DNA from: an uncultured Armatimonadia bacterium
Lineage (GTDB): Bacteria > Armatimonadota > Zipacnadia > CAVVLO01
Direction of reading: 5' to 3'
Length of the DNA: 64,000 nt
Assembly: GCA_963749155.1 (NCBI GenBank)
Contig: CAVVLO010000005.1
Coordinates: 384,001 to 448,000, forward strand
The notes under the pieces were generated by a model that saw only the letters and a list, made by a program, of their open reading frames with translations, was not told the DNA's origin and searched no databases. Shown one piece after another: positions 1 to 8,266 of the stretch. Numbering within the stretch: the stretch's first letter is position 1; the number at the start of each line of letters is the position of its first letter. The position numbers and the translations under genes are program-made.

Positions 1-2224
1 CATAACTGAGGAAGAGCACCTTGTACGGCGCCAGATATCCGGGTTCAGCGAACCTGTCTATATGGGCAACATCGAAGGCATAGCCTGAATAGAGGAGGGG
101 CAACATCAGGCCGTAACAGCCATCCATATCACTGGCCAGGGGGCCACCGCGCTGATAACAGGCCCCATCTCCGAAAGCCACAGCGACCTGCCCAGCGGGA
201 TTGGCCCAGGCCCAGTCGCCGTCGAAGTCCTGCATTTCTTCAAGGGCCCGGATGATACTCATCACTTCCTGTTCATACTGGTCTGGGATGCGCCCGAAAA
301 CTCGCACAGGCCAGGGGATGACTTCATAATTGCTTACCTCGGGCCGCATCAGGGCGCCGATTACGGTCGCCTCATATTCGAAATGGTACTGATCCATCGT
401 CAGGCTGGGCGCGTCCGCCAGGGGATCTTGCAGAAACCAAACCGGCACCAGCCCTCGGCACAGCGCGTAGGCTGAGGAATATTCGAGATAGCCCAGCTCT
501 ACGATGCGAGGTTTGCTTACGCCGGCATACCGGATGGCGCCGCGCAGCATATCCGACCAGGTCTGGTTGACCATCTCGGTGACCAGGCCAGTCTTCAACA
601 GCTTGTAATGCGGGAAGACTGCGCCGATTGCCGTGTAGTTTACGGGGCTGTGGGCCAGCAGGAAGCGCTTGACCGAGGGATCCCAGTCCTGGGCGAGTTT
701 GTAGATCTCACTCATTATGTGGACTTCCATATCGCCCTTCAGGATTTCCCATTCCCAGCGGTTCTGAGGGGTCTGGTCATCGCTCCACGGGCGACCATAA
801 CGCTCTTCGAAGGCCTGTTTGAAAGCGCCCGAATAGCCTGCCGAGGAGAAAAACTCCGGCTCCTCCGGGCAGACGCCTTGCGTACCCCCCTCAAGTGCTT
901 CAGTAAAATACTCAAGCGCCCGCTGGACGCGGTTCTCGCTGGGCACGAGATAATAAGAACCCGGCCCGCAGGTCAGCGCCGTGCCTCCGCCTGTGGTCTG
1001 ACAGTCCTCGGGATGGGCGTCCACCCAGGCCTGCCCATCGCGGAAGCCATACATCACATGGGTCTCGTAACCCTTGCGCTGCCAACTCTTTATTTTCTCT
1101 GGATCGCTTCCAGCGACAATTGCGATGTCGGTCTTGAGATCGTTCGTATCGAGATATCCGGTCGGATTCTGGAAGGAGCTGCGCGGCGGATTGGCCCTGC
1201 TTGCGAAGGGGCCTTCGGCTGCTGACAGATTGGCGCCAAGGAAGCTCTCGAGGGCATCAGGGATAGCATCCAGGTCCAAGTCAAGTCCATCAGGGAAGAA
1301 TTCCAACGAATACACCTCGACAGGTTCGGTTGCAGTGAGCCTGAGCCATACCTCTCCCGAGTCCAGAGGCGCCGGCACTTGGAAACTGAGTTGGGTTATT
1401 CCAGCCAGAACCCGATTACCTTTCGAAGGACTTTCAATCCAGCTTTTGCCTGGGCGCGTCTCGAGCTTGAGGGGGCCAGAGGTTTCAAGCAGCACGCCTC
1501 CTGCGGGCAGCATCGAGGCTGGAAGTTTGAGGGTAAGCGTTGCGCCCGAAGCGAAGGAAGCCACAAGTGGAGCAAGCTGCACTCCCTGACTGGCTTCGAG
1601 GTAGCGCTCTGCGGCCTCCGTCCCAAGCAACACGCTGGTTGCCTGAGGCGCAAGAGAAGCGACCAGAGCCTTGAGCTCAGTTTCATCCAGCCCTTCGACC
1701 TCGGTGGCAGGACACACCAGGACATCGTCAATCCAGACTTTGGCGGGGGCCAGTGAACGTATCTGCGGCGAGAAATCCGCCGTCACGGCGCCTTCGGGGG
1801 CTTCAATTAGCTGATACAGAAAGACCCAGCCACCCGAGTTCGCTGGCAGCTCAGGGCCAAATTGGCCAACGTACCCCGCCTCGCCAAAAAAGCGCACGTA
1901 AAGGTGATCAACGGGTGAGCAGGCCTCGGTCCACACCCAGGCAGCCACCAGCCAGCGCCGCACGTTTTCGGTGCGCCAGGAGGGGCACTGACCGCCGCCC
2001 CAGTCGTCCCTGCGGTGCCTCTCAAAAGCCAGCGAATACTGCCCTGTATGGCTTCTCAGCGCAGACCGGCTTGCCAGGTCACCGAGCGCGGCATTGAAAG
2101 ACCAGCTCTGAGGGCTGGTTCCATCTCCGGCCTCAAAGCCCGGATTAACGACCTGGTTGGTCGCAGCCAGGCCAATCCCGGCTCCAAGTAAAATTGCAAA
2201 TAGCACAAATAAACCGCTACGCAT
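1..2224 (-). CDS. Large secreted protein, running off the left edge; N-terminal carbohydrate-binding-like domain, putative glycoside hydrolase
   Basis: Hand translation of both ends: GGAGG then ATG at 2224, MRSGLFVLFAILLGAGIGLAATNQVVNPGFEAGDG (signal peptide plus CBM4-like NPGFE). The same frame reads DRFAEPGYLAPYKVLFLSY at the window edge. Absent from the ORF track, consistent with no stop in the window. Confidence 0.7.
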   Translation of the reverse strand, partial: MRSGLFVLFAILLGAGIGLAATNQVVNPGFEAGDGTSPQSWSFNAALGDLASRSALRSHTGQYSLAFERHRRDDWGGGQCPSWRTENVRRWLVAAWVWTEACSPVDHLYVRFFGEAGYVGQFGPELPANSGGWVFLYQLIEAPEGAVTADFSPQIRSLAPAKVWIDDVLVCPATEVEGLDETELKALVASLAPQATSVLLGTEAAERYLEASQGVQLAPLVASFASGATLTLKLPASMLPAGGVLLETSGPLKLETRPGKSWIESPSKGNRVLAGITQLSFQVPAPLDSGEVWLRLTATEPVEVYSLEFFPDGLDLDLDAIPDALESFLGANLSAAEGPFASRANPPRSSFQNPTGYLDTNDLKTDIAIVAGSDPEKIKSWQRKGYETHVMYGFRDGQAWVDAHPEDCQTTGGGTALTCGPGSYYLVPSENRVQRALEYFTEALEGGTQGVCPEEPEFFSSAGYSGAFKQAFEERYGRPWSDDQTPQNRWEWEILKGDMEVHIMSEIYKLAQDWDPSVKRFLLAHSPVNYTAIGAVFPHYKLLKTGLVTEMVNQTWSDMLRGAIRYAGVSKPRIVELGYLEYSSAYALCRGLVPVWFLQDPLADAPSLTMDQYHFEYEATVIGALMRPEVSNYEVIPWPVRVFGRIPDQYEQEVMSIIRALEEMQDFDGDWAWANPAGQVAVAFGDGACYQRGGPLASDMDGCYGLMLPLLYSGYAFDVAHIDRFAEPGYLAPYKVLFLSY

Positions 2225-2378
2225 CTTTGATACCTCCTGAGACTGATTAAGTAATTGGCTGAAAAGTACTGTTAACCTGCAGGGAGAGGGGCCAGTGAAT
2301 GGAACCTGTTCGCCATTCTGGGTATAATTGGAGAGAGCCAGACCGCCTTGCTTTGCGCGCGGCCTGACCTTGATTCAC

Positions 2379-3746
2379 ATGGCTGTCGAGCAAGCACCAG
2401 AGAATATCAAATCGGTTGACCCCGCCGCTCTGTATCGGCGGAACTTTTTATATGGGGTATTGAATGGCAGCCTCTTTATGTGGGGTTTTGCCCTGTTCAA
2501 TCCCTCGACTATCCTCTCGGTATTGCTGCTCGAACTACTTGGAAGCAAGCTCATCGTCGGGATGCTCACGACCTTGCTCTCAGCAGGCTGGCTGATTCCG
2601 CAACTGCTGGTCTCAGGTTATGTCCTCAACAAGCCGCGCAAGATGGCCTTCTACCGGGTAAACACCGTCTTCAGGACGCTCTCACTGGCCAGCTTGCCCG
2701 TCGTTATAGGCAGCCTGGGAGGCACCAATCCCAAACTTGCAGGTTATCTTATCCTGGTTTCGCTGTTTGTTTATGCGCTGACCAACGGCCTGTCGGGCGT
2801 GCCTTTTATGGATATCGTCTCCAAGATTATGCCCCCCGACAAGCGCGGTCGCTTCTTTGCGACCCGGATGCTGCTCGGAAACCTGCTGGCCTTCGGCAGT
2901 GGATTTGCCATCCAGCGAGTGCTGGACTCGCCGACGCTGGGTTTCCCGTTAAACTATGTTGTGCTGACAGGACTTGGCGTATCGCTAGTGGCAGCGGGCT
3001 GGGCGTCTTTCTGTATGGTGGAAGAGCCACCCGGGCCTGTCACTGGTCATTCGGCGACCTTGCTTTTTTCGTTCGCTCATGGGGTGCGCACCTTTCGCAG
3101 AGACGAAGACCTGCGCAGGCTCTGGGCAGTGACCATCTTCTGGTCGCTCTCGGCGATGGGATTGCCTTTCTTCGCTACGATGGCCGTCGAAGTCTTTGGC
3201 GCAACTGCAGGTTTCGCGGGCATTATGACAGGCGTGGCGGCACTGAGCGCGGCGCTATCCAATCTTTTCTGGGCGCCTATGAGCGAGTTTCGTGGTGACA
3301 GGCGCTTGTGGGTCACTTCCAGCATCGGGATGGTCGGCGTGACCACTATGAGTGTCCTCCTGGGGATGCTGCCAAGGCTCCAGGTACACCCTTCACCTGG
3401 CTGGGAGGCCCATCTGGCTGGGTTGTTTGGCCTGGGAGGGGGCGTGGTGGACTTGCGTCTACCTCTGCTGCTGCTGATGGTGGCCATCGCAGCCTTCGTA
3501 ACTAGCGGGCAGGCCCTCGGTGGCGCGACCTACTTGCTCAATCTGGCGCCCCAGCGCGCTCGGCCTACCTATGTAGGCTTCTTCAATACCCTGATTGCCC
3601 CACTTGCCATCATCAGCACTCTGGCAGGCGGGCTGGTAGACCTTTTCTCCTACGAATTGGTCTTTGGACTGAGTTTCTTCTTCTCGATTCTGGCTGTAAT
3701 CGCAGCCCACAGATTGCGCGAAGTGCGCGAAGACCTGCTCGAGTAG
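2379..3746 (+). CDS. MFS transporter
   Basis: About 12 hydrophobic segments and the motif DIVSKIMPPDKRGRFFA. A TATAAT at 2323-2328 overlaps the track's TTG start, favouring ATG 2379. Confidence 0.85.
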   Translation: MAVEQAPENIKSVDPAALYRRNFLYGVLNGSLFMWGFALFNPSTILSVLLLELLGSKLIVGMLTTLLSAGWLIPQLLVSGYVLNKPRKMAFYRVNTVFRTLSLASLPVVIGSLGGTNPKLAGYLILVSLFVYALTNGLSGVPFMDIVSKIMPPDKRGRFFATRMLLGNLLAFGSGFAIQRVLDSPTLGFPLNYVVLTGLGVSLVAAGWASFCMVEEPPGPVTGHSATLLFSFAHGVRTFRRDEDLRRLWAVTIFWSLSAMGLPFFATMAVEVFGATAGFAGIMTGVAALSAALSNLFWAPMSEFRGDRRLWVTSSIGMVGVTTMSVLLGMLPRLQVHPSPGWEAHLAGLFGLGGGVVDLRLPLLLLMVAIAAFVTSGQALGGATYLLNLAPQRARPTYVGFFNTLIAPLAIISTLAGGLVDLFSYELVFGLSFFFSILAVIAAHRLREVREDLLE

Positions 3747-3806
3747 GCAGGGAACCGGCGCCTCAGGGCTAACCTCTTGTCATACCTGCCCTTCGGAGGT
3801 CGTTAT

Positions 3807-5057
3807 ATGCCGCAAGTCATATTGCTAGTGTTGCTCCTCTGCCTGCTGACAAGTCCCGCCTTCACCGAGGCCCTGAGGCTCGCTGATGGCCGTCCCCTCG
3901 TGGGTTGCTACTTCTTTGGCCATTGGTGGGAACCCTGGACCTCGGACGATAGCGCGATGGAGCGCGATCATATCCGGGTTGGTCAGATGGGCGTGAACAC
4001 GCTTTTCTATGACCATGAGTTCTCCCAGTCGCGCCACAACAACTGGAAATACCTCGACCGGGAATACAAATTCGCCGAAGCGCATAACTTTATGATTCTG
4101 CCCTGGCTCGAACTCAAGTGCGGGGCGGATTTGGCTTCTCACAGGGCGGAAGCGCTTTCGTATTACGGCACCGAGACACCGATGTCCGAGGATGTCCAGG
4201 GCAGGCCCAACAATGCCCTGCTTTGGGATATGCGTTATCAGGATCTGCTCTACCTCTACTGCTGCGAGTATCTCGACAGATACCATGATCGGCCCGGCCT
4301 GCTGCGGCTTCAGTGGGAAGGGAAGGTCAGGCCGGCGGTAGCGCTGTCGGTAGAGGTCGGCTGGGATGGCGCAGGCTATGATGAGGCTACCCAGCAGCGG
4401 TTCCGCGCCTGGCTCAAGGCCAAATACGGCTCGCTAGACAAACTCAACCAGGCCTGGGGCACGCAGTATGCTTCTTTCGAAGCGGTTGATCCTCGTGATA
4501 CAGCCAGATTCCCGTATCCGACAGACGAAGTGACTCCTGTGCCGCAGACGACCCAGGACCACGCGCACTTCCGTGCCGAGGTCGTGAACGCAGCGATGGA
4601 TGCCATCAAGCAACGGCTGCTGCGCAACTACCCCGACTTGCTCATCATCGCCGAGGTGCCTTATCCCCCTGGCTGGAAGCACCCCCACGCGGTCGGTTAC
4701 AGTTATGGGGCAGCCAGCTTCCTCGAGACAGTCACCTATGCCGATATCGTGGTGTTCCGCACCGCGGGGCCAAGCTCGATGAACGCCGAGGGGCTGATAC
4801 CTTTCAGAGCGCGCGGCCAGAAGCTCGTATTCGCCCACAGGACAGGCCAGGGCGGGTTGGAAGCCGATGTGCGCAACCAGACGTTGCTGGATGGTTATGT
4901 CAGGCAGGCGCTGGACTGGGCCGAGGGGGTTGGATTTTATAGCTGGAATGAGATGGGCGACTGTGCGATGGTCAGCAATGAGCGCGCAGAGGGGCTTATT
5001 TCGACCTACACGCGGTTCTTCCACCAGTGGGCGCGGCAGGTTGACAGGCAGCGCTAG
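3807..5057 (+). CDS. Secreted glycoside hydrolase-like protein (GH42/beta-galactosidase-related TIM barrel)
   Basis: GGAGGT RBS before ATG 3807; signal peptide; GH42-like FRAWLKAKYGSLDKLNQAWGTQYASF motif. Confidence 0.65.
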   Translation: MPQVILLVLLLCLLTSPAFTEALRLADGRPLVGCYFFGHWWEPWTSDDSAMERDHIRVGQMGVNTLFYDHEFSQSRHNNWKYLDREYKFAEAHNFMILPWLELKCGADLASHRAEALSYYGTETPMSEDVQGRPNNALLWDMRYQDLLYLYCCEYLDRYHDRPGLLRLQWEGKVRPAVALSVEVGWDGAGYDEATQQRFRAWLKAKYGSLDKLNQAWGTQYASFEAVDPRDTARFPYPTDEVTPVPQTTQDHAHFRAEVVNAAMDAIKQRLLRNYPDLLIIAEVPYPPGWKHPHAVGYSYGAASFLETVTYADIVVFRTAGPSSMNAEGLIPFRARGQKLVFAHRTGQGGLEADVRNQTLLDGYVRQALDWAEGVGFYSWNEMGDCAMVSNERAEGLISTYTRFFHQWARQVDRQR

Positions 5058-5123
5058 AGACCCTCTGACTTGACAATTGTGAGGCGCCGTGCGATTTTTG
5101 AAGGAGAGGCTCTCGGTAAGGTG

Positions 5124-5152
5124 TTGACGCGCCTCCGGGCCGTGGCTATAAT
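5124..5152 (+). promoter_or_regulatory. Sigma70-type promoter of the tRNA cluster
   Basis: TTGACG-N17-TATAAT ending 9 nt before tRNA-Leu. Confidence 0.8.
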
Positions 5153-5161
5153 CAACGCCGT

Positions 5162-5249
5162 GCCCAGGTGGCGGAAATGGCAGACGCGCTAGGTTGAGGG
5201 CCTAGTGAACATAACGTTCGTGCGGGTTCAAGTCCCGCCCTGGGCACCA
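5162..5249 (+). tRNA. tRNA-Leu(GAG)
   Basis: Cloverleaf with anticodon arm CTAGG-TTGAGGG-CCTAG, long variable arm, GGTTCAAGTCC and encoded CCA. Confidence 0.97.
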
Positions 5250-5261
5250 GAAGCACAAAGT

Positions 5262-5337
5262 GGGCGAATAGCTCAGTTGGGAGAGCGGCTGTCTCACGCA
5301 CAGCAGGTCACAGGTTCAATCCCTGTTTCGCCCACCA
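5262..5337 (+). tRNA. tRNA-Val(CAC)
   Basis: 76 nt; anticodon arm GCTGT-CTCACGC-ACAGC; T-arm; CCA. Confidence 0.95.
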
Positions 5338-5343
5338 CTCGAT

Positions 5344-5419
5344 GCGGAAGTAGCTCAGTTGGTAGAGCACCAGCTTCCCAAGCTGGGTGTCGCGGGTTCG
5401 AGTCCCGTCTTCCGCTCCA
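5344..5419 (+). tRNA. tRNA-Gly(CCC)
   Basis: 76 nt; CCAGC-TTCCCAA-GCTGG; TCCA end. Confidence 0.97.
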
Positions 5420-5423
5420 CCCC

Positions 5424-5455
5424 TTGCACGATAATGAAACAAGCGGTAATATAAT
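5424..5455 (+). promoter_or_regulatory. Internal sigma70-type promoter before tRNA-Gly(GCC)
   Basis: TTGCAC-N17-TAATAT with an overlapping TATAAT (5450-5455), in the 42-nt spacer. Confidence 0.55.
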
Positions 5456-5461
5456 GCGCGC

Positions 5462-5537
5462 GCGGAAGTAGCTCAGCTGGTAGAGCACAACCTTGCCAAG
5501 GTTGGGGTCGCGGGTTCAAGTCCCGTCTTCCGCTCCA
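5462..5537 (+). tRNA. tRNA-Gly(GCC)
   Basis: 76 nt; CAACC-TTGCCAA-GGTTG; TCCA end. Confidence 0.97.
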
Positions 5538-5549
5538 CCCGCAACACCC

Positions 5550-5576
5550 AAAGCCTCCGTGTTCGGAGGCTTTTTT
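5550..5576 (+). terminator. Intrinsic terminator inside the tRNA cluster
   Basis: AAAGCCTCCG-TGTT-CGGAGGC-TTTTTT. Confidence 0.75.
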
Positions 5577-5582
5577 ACTTAG

Positions 5583-5658
<76 letters not shown>

Positions 5659-5665
5659 CTCCTTT

Positions 5666-5755
5666 GCCGGAGTGGCGGAATTGGCAGACGCACGGGACTT
5701 AAAATCCTGCGGGGCTTATACCCCCGTGCCGGTTCGAGCCCGGCCTCCGGCACCA
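5666..5755 (+). tRNA. tRNA-Leu(TAA)
   Basis: CGGGA-CTTAAAA-TCCTG anticodon arm, long variable arm, ACCA end. Confidence 0.96.
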
Positions 5756-5789
5756 GCTTCTTTGCCCGTTACCCACCGAGCCTGCTTCG

Positions 5790-5981
5790 TTAGAGCCCAA
5801 GTACGAGTTTAACTGCGCTTGCCACCACATAACCTGCTGCGTAGAGATACAGCAACGAAGCCAGCGCGAAGCAGACCACCGAAAGCGGCCTGCTCCCAGG
5901 CCAGAGCATAAATCCTGCCCCAAGCAGCAAGACGCCGACTGCCAGCAGCACCAGGAAGAACAGCGGAGCGAGAACTACCAT
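5790..5981 (-). CDS. Small two-helix membrane protein (63 aa)
   Basis: GGAGG RBS; TGCTATAAT extended -10 at about 6002-6010 on the minus strand; two hydrophobic stretches. Confidence 0.65.
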   Translation of the reverse strand: MVVLAPLFFLVLLAVGVLLLGAGFMLWPGSRPLSVVCFALASLLYLYAAGYVVASAVKLVLGL

Positions 5982-6028
5982 CTGACCTCCCCTCCGAGTT
6001 AATTATAGCACTTGGCTTTGCAAAATAT

Positions 6029-6045
6029 TTGGCAAGGCTGTTGCA
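6029..6045 (+). promoter_or_regulatory. Putative sigma54 (-24/-12) promoter
   Basis: TTGGCAAGGCTGTTGCA: GG-N10-GC spacing, upstream of 6157..6555. Confidence 0.45.
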
Positions 6046-6156
6046 AACTTTTATACAAAGAAATACCTAATATTTTGTGATATCACGCGTGGGCTTCCGC
6101 GAACTAGGGTATGATAGCGTATACGAAAGCAAGCACTTCACCTTAGGGGGAAACCA

Positions 6157-6555
6157 ATGCAGGTCCTCAAACAGCGCAAAGCCCTTCTTGTTATCAGTCT
6201 GGTAGTTGCAGTAGCAGCGCTCGCTCTTGTTATGCAGGCAGGTATCGCAGAAGACGTACAGTCAGTCGTAGCTGTAGTATCGCCCAGCACCATTGTGATT
6301 GGCGTACCAGGGCAGGACGTAACTGTCCACGTCGAACTCGCTCTGAGCGCCGTAGACGCCTCCTCGGTAAGGCTTAGCGGTCTTGTACCGCTGGGCGTCT
6401 TCGCCGACAACAGGGGAGAGCTTGTAGCCAAGTTCTCGCGCCAGGCGGTAGAGGCCATCGTAGCCCCTCCCTCGGCCATACTCGAACTTACCGGCGCTAA
6501 GAAAGACGGCGGCCTGTTCGCTGGCAGCGACGAAGTAGTCGTTCGCAACCGCTAA
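6157..6555 (+). CDS. Small secreted beta-rich hypothetical protein
   Basis: AGGGGG RBS; signal peptide; ends in LELTGAKKDGGLFAGSDEVVV; followed by a strong hairpin. Confidence 0.75.
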   Translation: MQVLKQRKALLVISLVVAVAALALVMQAGIAEDVQSVVAVVSPSTIVIGVPGQDVTVHVELALSAVDASSVRLSGLVPLGVFADNRGELVAKFSRQAVEAIVAPPSAILELTGAKKDGGLFAGSDEVVVRNR

Positions 6556-6585
6556 AGCCGTACTCCAGGCATCTGATAGACACGA

Positions 6586-6620
6586 GAGGCTCCAGGCAAA
6601 AAAGCCTGGAGCCTCTTTAT
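6586..6620 (+). terminator. Intrinsic terminator-like hairpin
   Basis: AGAGGCTCCAGGC-AAAAAA-GCCTGGAGCCTCT-TTAT. Confidence 0.7.
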
Positions 6621-6697
6621 GTGTGTCAAGGATGGACTGCCTGCTCGCTGAGACATGGTATGATGCAAAGTCATATGGGTCAGTTGGGAGGGGCAGA

Positions 6698-7560
6698 ATG
6701 GGTGATTCAAAAACCGGATGCCATTGGCTGTTGGTTACTAATCCCGCTTTGTGGGATTCAGAGAGCATCTTTACAGCAAGCACCACGGACTGGGGTGGCG
6801 ACTTTATTAAGGCACCCGTCATGCACAAGCGAATCAAAGAAAAAGTCCGCAAGGGTGACCAGGCACTTATTACCTAACAAGCCCGAAAAGCTATAGTAGG
6901 GATTGTCAAGGTAGTTTCAATCCAGTAGAGCGCAAGGGAAGCTATCTTTAGTCTCTCCTGTGAGCGCTTGATAATCCTGTTCTCGTCTAAAGATAGAAAG
7001 AACCACAGCCCGAATGGAGTTTGTTCTGAATAGCCGAGTATGCTACTCTGACAGAGGATGAATATTCGGCGATCATCCAGCTTGCGGAAATTGTCAAGGA
7101 GTCCTCGGTATAGACGACCTACAGTCTGCAGATCCAGCATATCGAGGTACAGCGTCAGCTCGCTGAGATAGGCGGCTGCTTAGGATGCAAGTCTGGATTG
7201 CACCAGACAGCCGACAGCGAGTCTGCTCTAGCACTGACTTGTCAACTTATTGTGTTAACGAGTTACGCCCTTGGACTCGACCAAGAGACGACCTCGCTCG
7301 TTCACAGCATTGATGTGTTGTGGCTCGCGGGCAACAAGGTCGAGGCTGCATTTGAGGTAGAACATACAACTTCGATCTACTCCGGGTTATTACGTATGGC
7401 GGATCTACTAGCTTACAGCCTAATGTGACTATCAAGCTGTTCATTGTTGCACGCACAAAGTGAGCAGGTCAGACGACAGGTAACCGCATTTTTATCGACT
7501 GCCCCAACCCATGACAAAACTTCCTCTATCCATCACTCTATTCTCAATGGCCAGGTGGAC
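6698..7560 (+). pseudogene. Fragmented EVE-domain / PD-(D/E)XK restriction-endonuclease-like gene
   Basis: GGAGGGG RBS and ATG at 6698. EVE-like pieces (HWLLVTNPALW...VRKGDQALI, KAIVGIVKVVS, LTEDEYSAIIQLA) and nuclease-like pieces (HIEVQRQLAEIG, IDVLWLAGNKVEAAFEVEHTTSIYSGLLRMADL) lie in shifting frames. The end coordinate is approximate. Confidence 0.7.
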
Positions 7561-7608
7561 TGAAGATTTCGGTGTCAAACAGACGGCGTCTTATAAGCCG
7601 ATCTCCAG

Positions 7609-7812
7609 TCACAGCTCCTCCGTCAGCACTTCGAGGAGGGCGGTGATCTTGGTGGTGAGCAGGTAGCCGGTAGCGAGCAGCAGCAGGCCGAGGGCAAGCA
7701 GAGCCAGGGCAAGCGCGCGGGAGCGATTCCAGGCGAGGACTACTCCTGCCAGCAGGGCGATGAAGACGAGCGAGGCGAAGACCAGGATGGCGATTAGCAA
7801 AGAGTCGTCCAC
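7609..7812 (-). CDS. Small two-helix membrane protein (67 aa)
   Basis: GGAGG RBS, GTG start; two hydrophobic helices with a WNRSR linker. Confidence 0.65.
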   Translation of the reverse strand: MDDSLLIAILVFASLVFIALLAGVVLAWNRSRALALALLALGLLLLATGYLLTTKITALLEVLTEEL

Positions 7813-7816
7813 GCGC

Positions 7817-8029
7817 TCAGCCTCCAGCCCCCACCGTCAGTTCTCCGAAGAAAGCCATCAGGCCATTGGCCAGCACCAGGCCCAGGGCTAGCATCACCAC
7901 CGCGAGAGCAAACAGGATATGGCTCTTCTTCCTGTCGCGTTTGAAAAAGTATAGCCCCGCGACGGCCAGAGTCCCCGAGCACATAAGCGCCATCAGCACA
8001 ACAGCCAGGAAGAGCAGATTCACATACAT
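7817..8029 (-). CDS. Small two-helix membrane protein (70 aa)
   Basis: GAGG RBS; two hydrophobic helices with a basic FKRDRKKS linker. Confidence 0.65.
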   Translation of the reverse strand: MYVNLLFLAVVLMALMCSGTLAVAGLYFFKRDRKKSHILFALAVVMLALGLVLANGLMAFFGELTVGAGG

Positions 8030-8051
8030 AAAAGTCGCCTCAGAGTGGGGC

Positions 8052-8249
8052 TTACTCGCCTATATCGTAGAGGCCTTGCAGCGTCCCCGGCAGCAGGAGA
8101 AGGGCGATAAGAAAGAGCAGCGAGATGAGCCCGATCAGCAGGAACTTCCAGGGAAGTGACGCCCCATACGCGCGCGGCAGGTTGCGGTAGAGGGCCAGCA
8201 GGAAAGCCGCCGCGAGCAGCAGTCCAGCCAGCCAGGGCAATCTTTCCAT
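8052..8249 (-). CDS. Small two-helix membrane protein (65 aa)
   Basis: GGAGG RBS before ATG 8249 (MERLPWLAG...); two hydrophobic helices. Confidence 0.6.
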   Translation of the reverse strand: MERLPWLAGLLLAAAFLLALYRNLPRAYGASLPWKFLLIGLISLLFLIALLLLPGTLQGLYDIGE

Positions 8250-8266
8250 ACCCGCCTCCCGGTACC

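Noticed and set aside
608..2097. Plus-strand ORFs in the first 2.1 kb
   Set aside because: They lie antisense to the long minus-strand gene starting at 2224, which has an RBS and signal peptide.
5735..7610. Intact integrative element at tRNA-Leu(TAA)
   Set aside because: No integrase, and I found no second copy of the tRNA 3' end.
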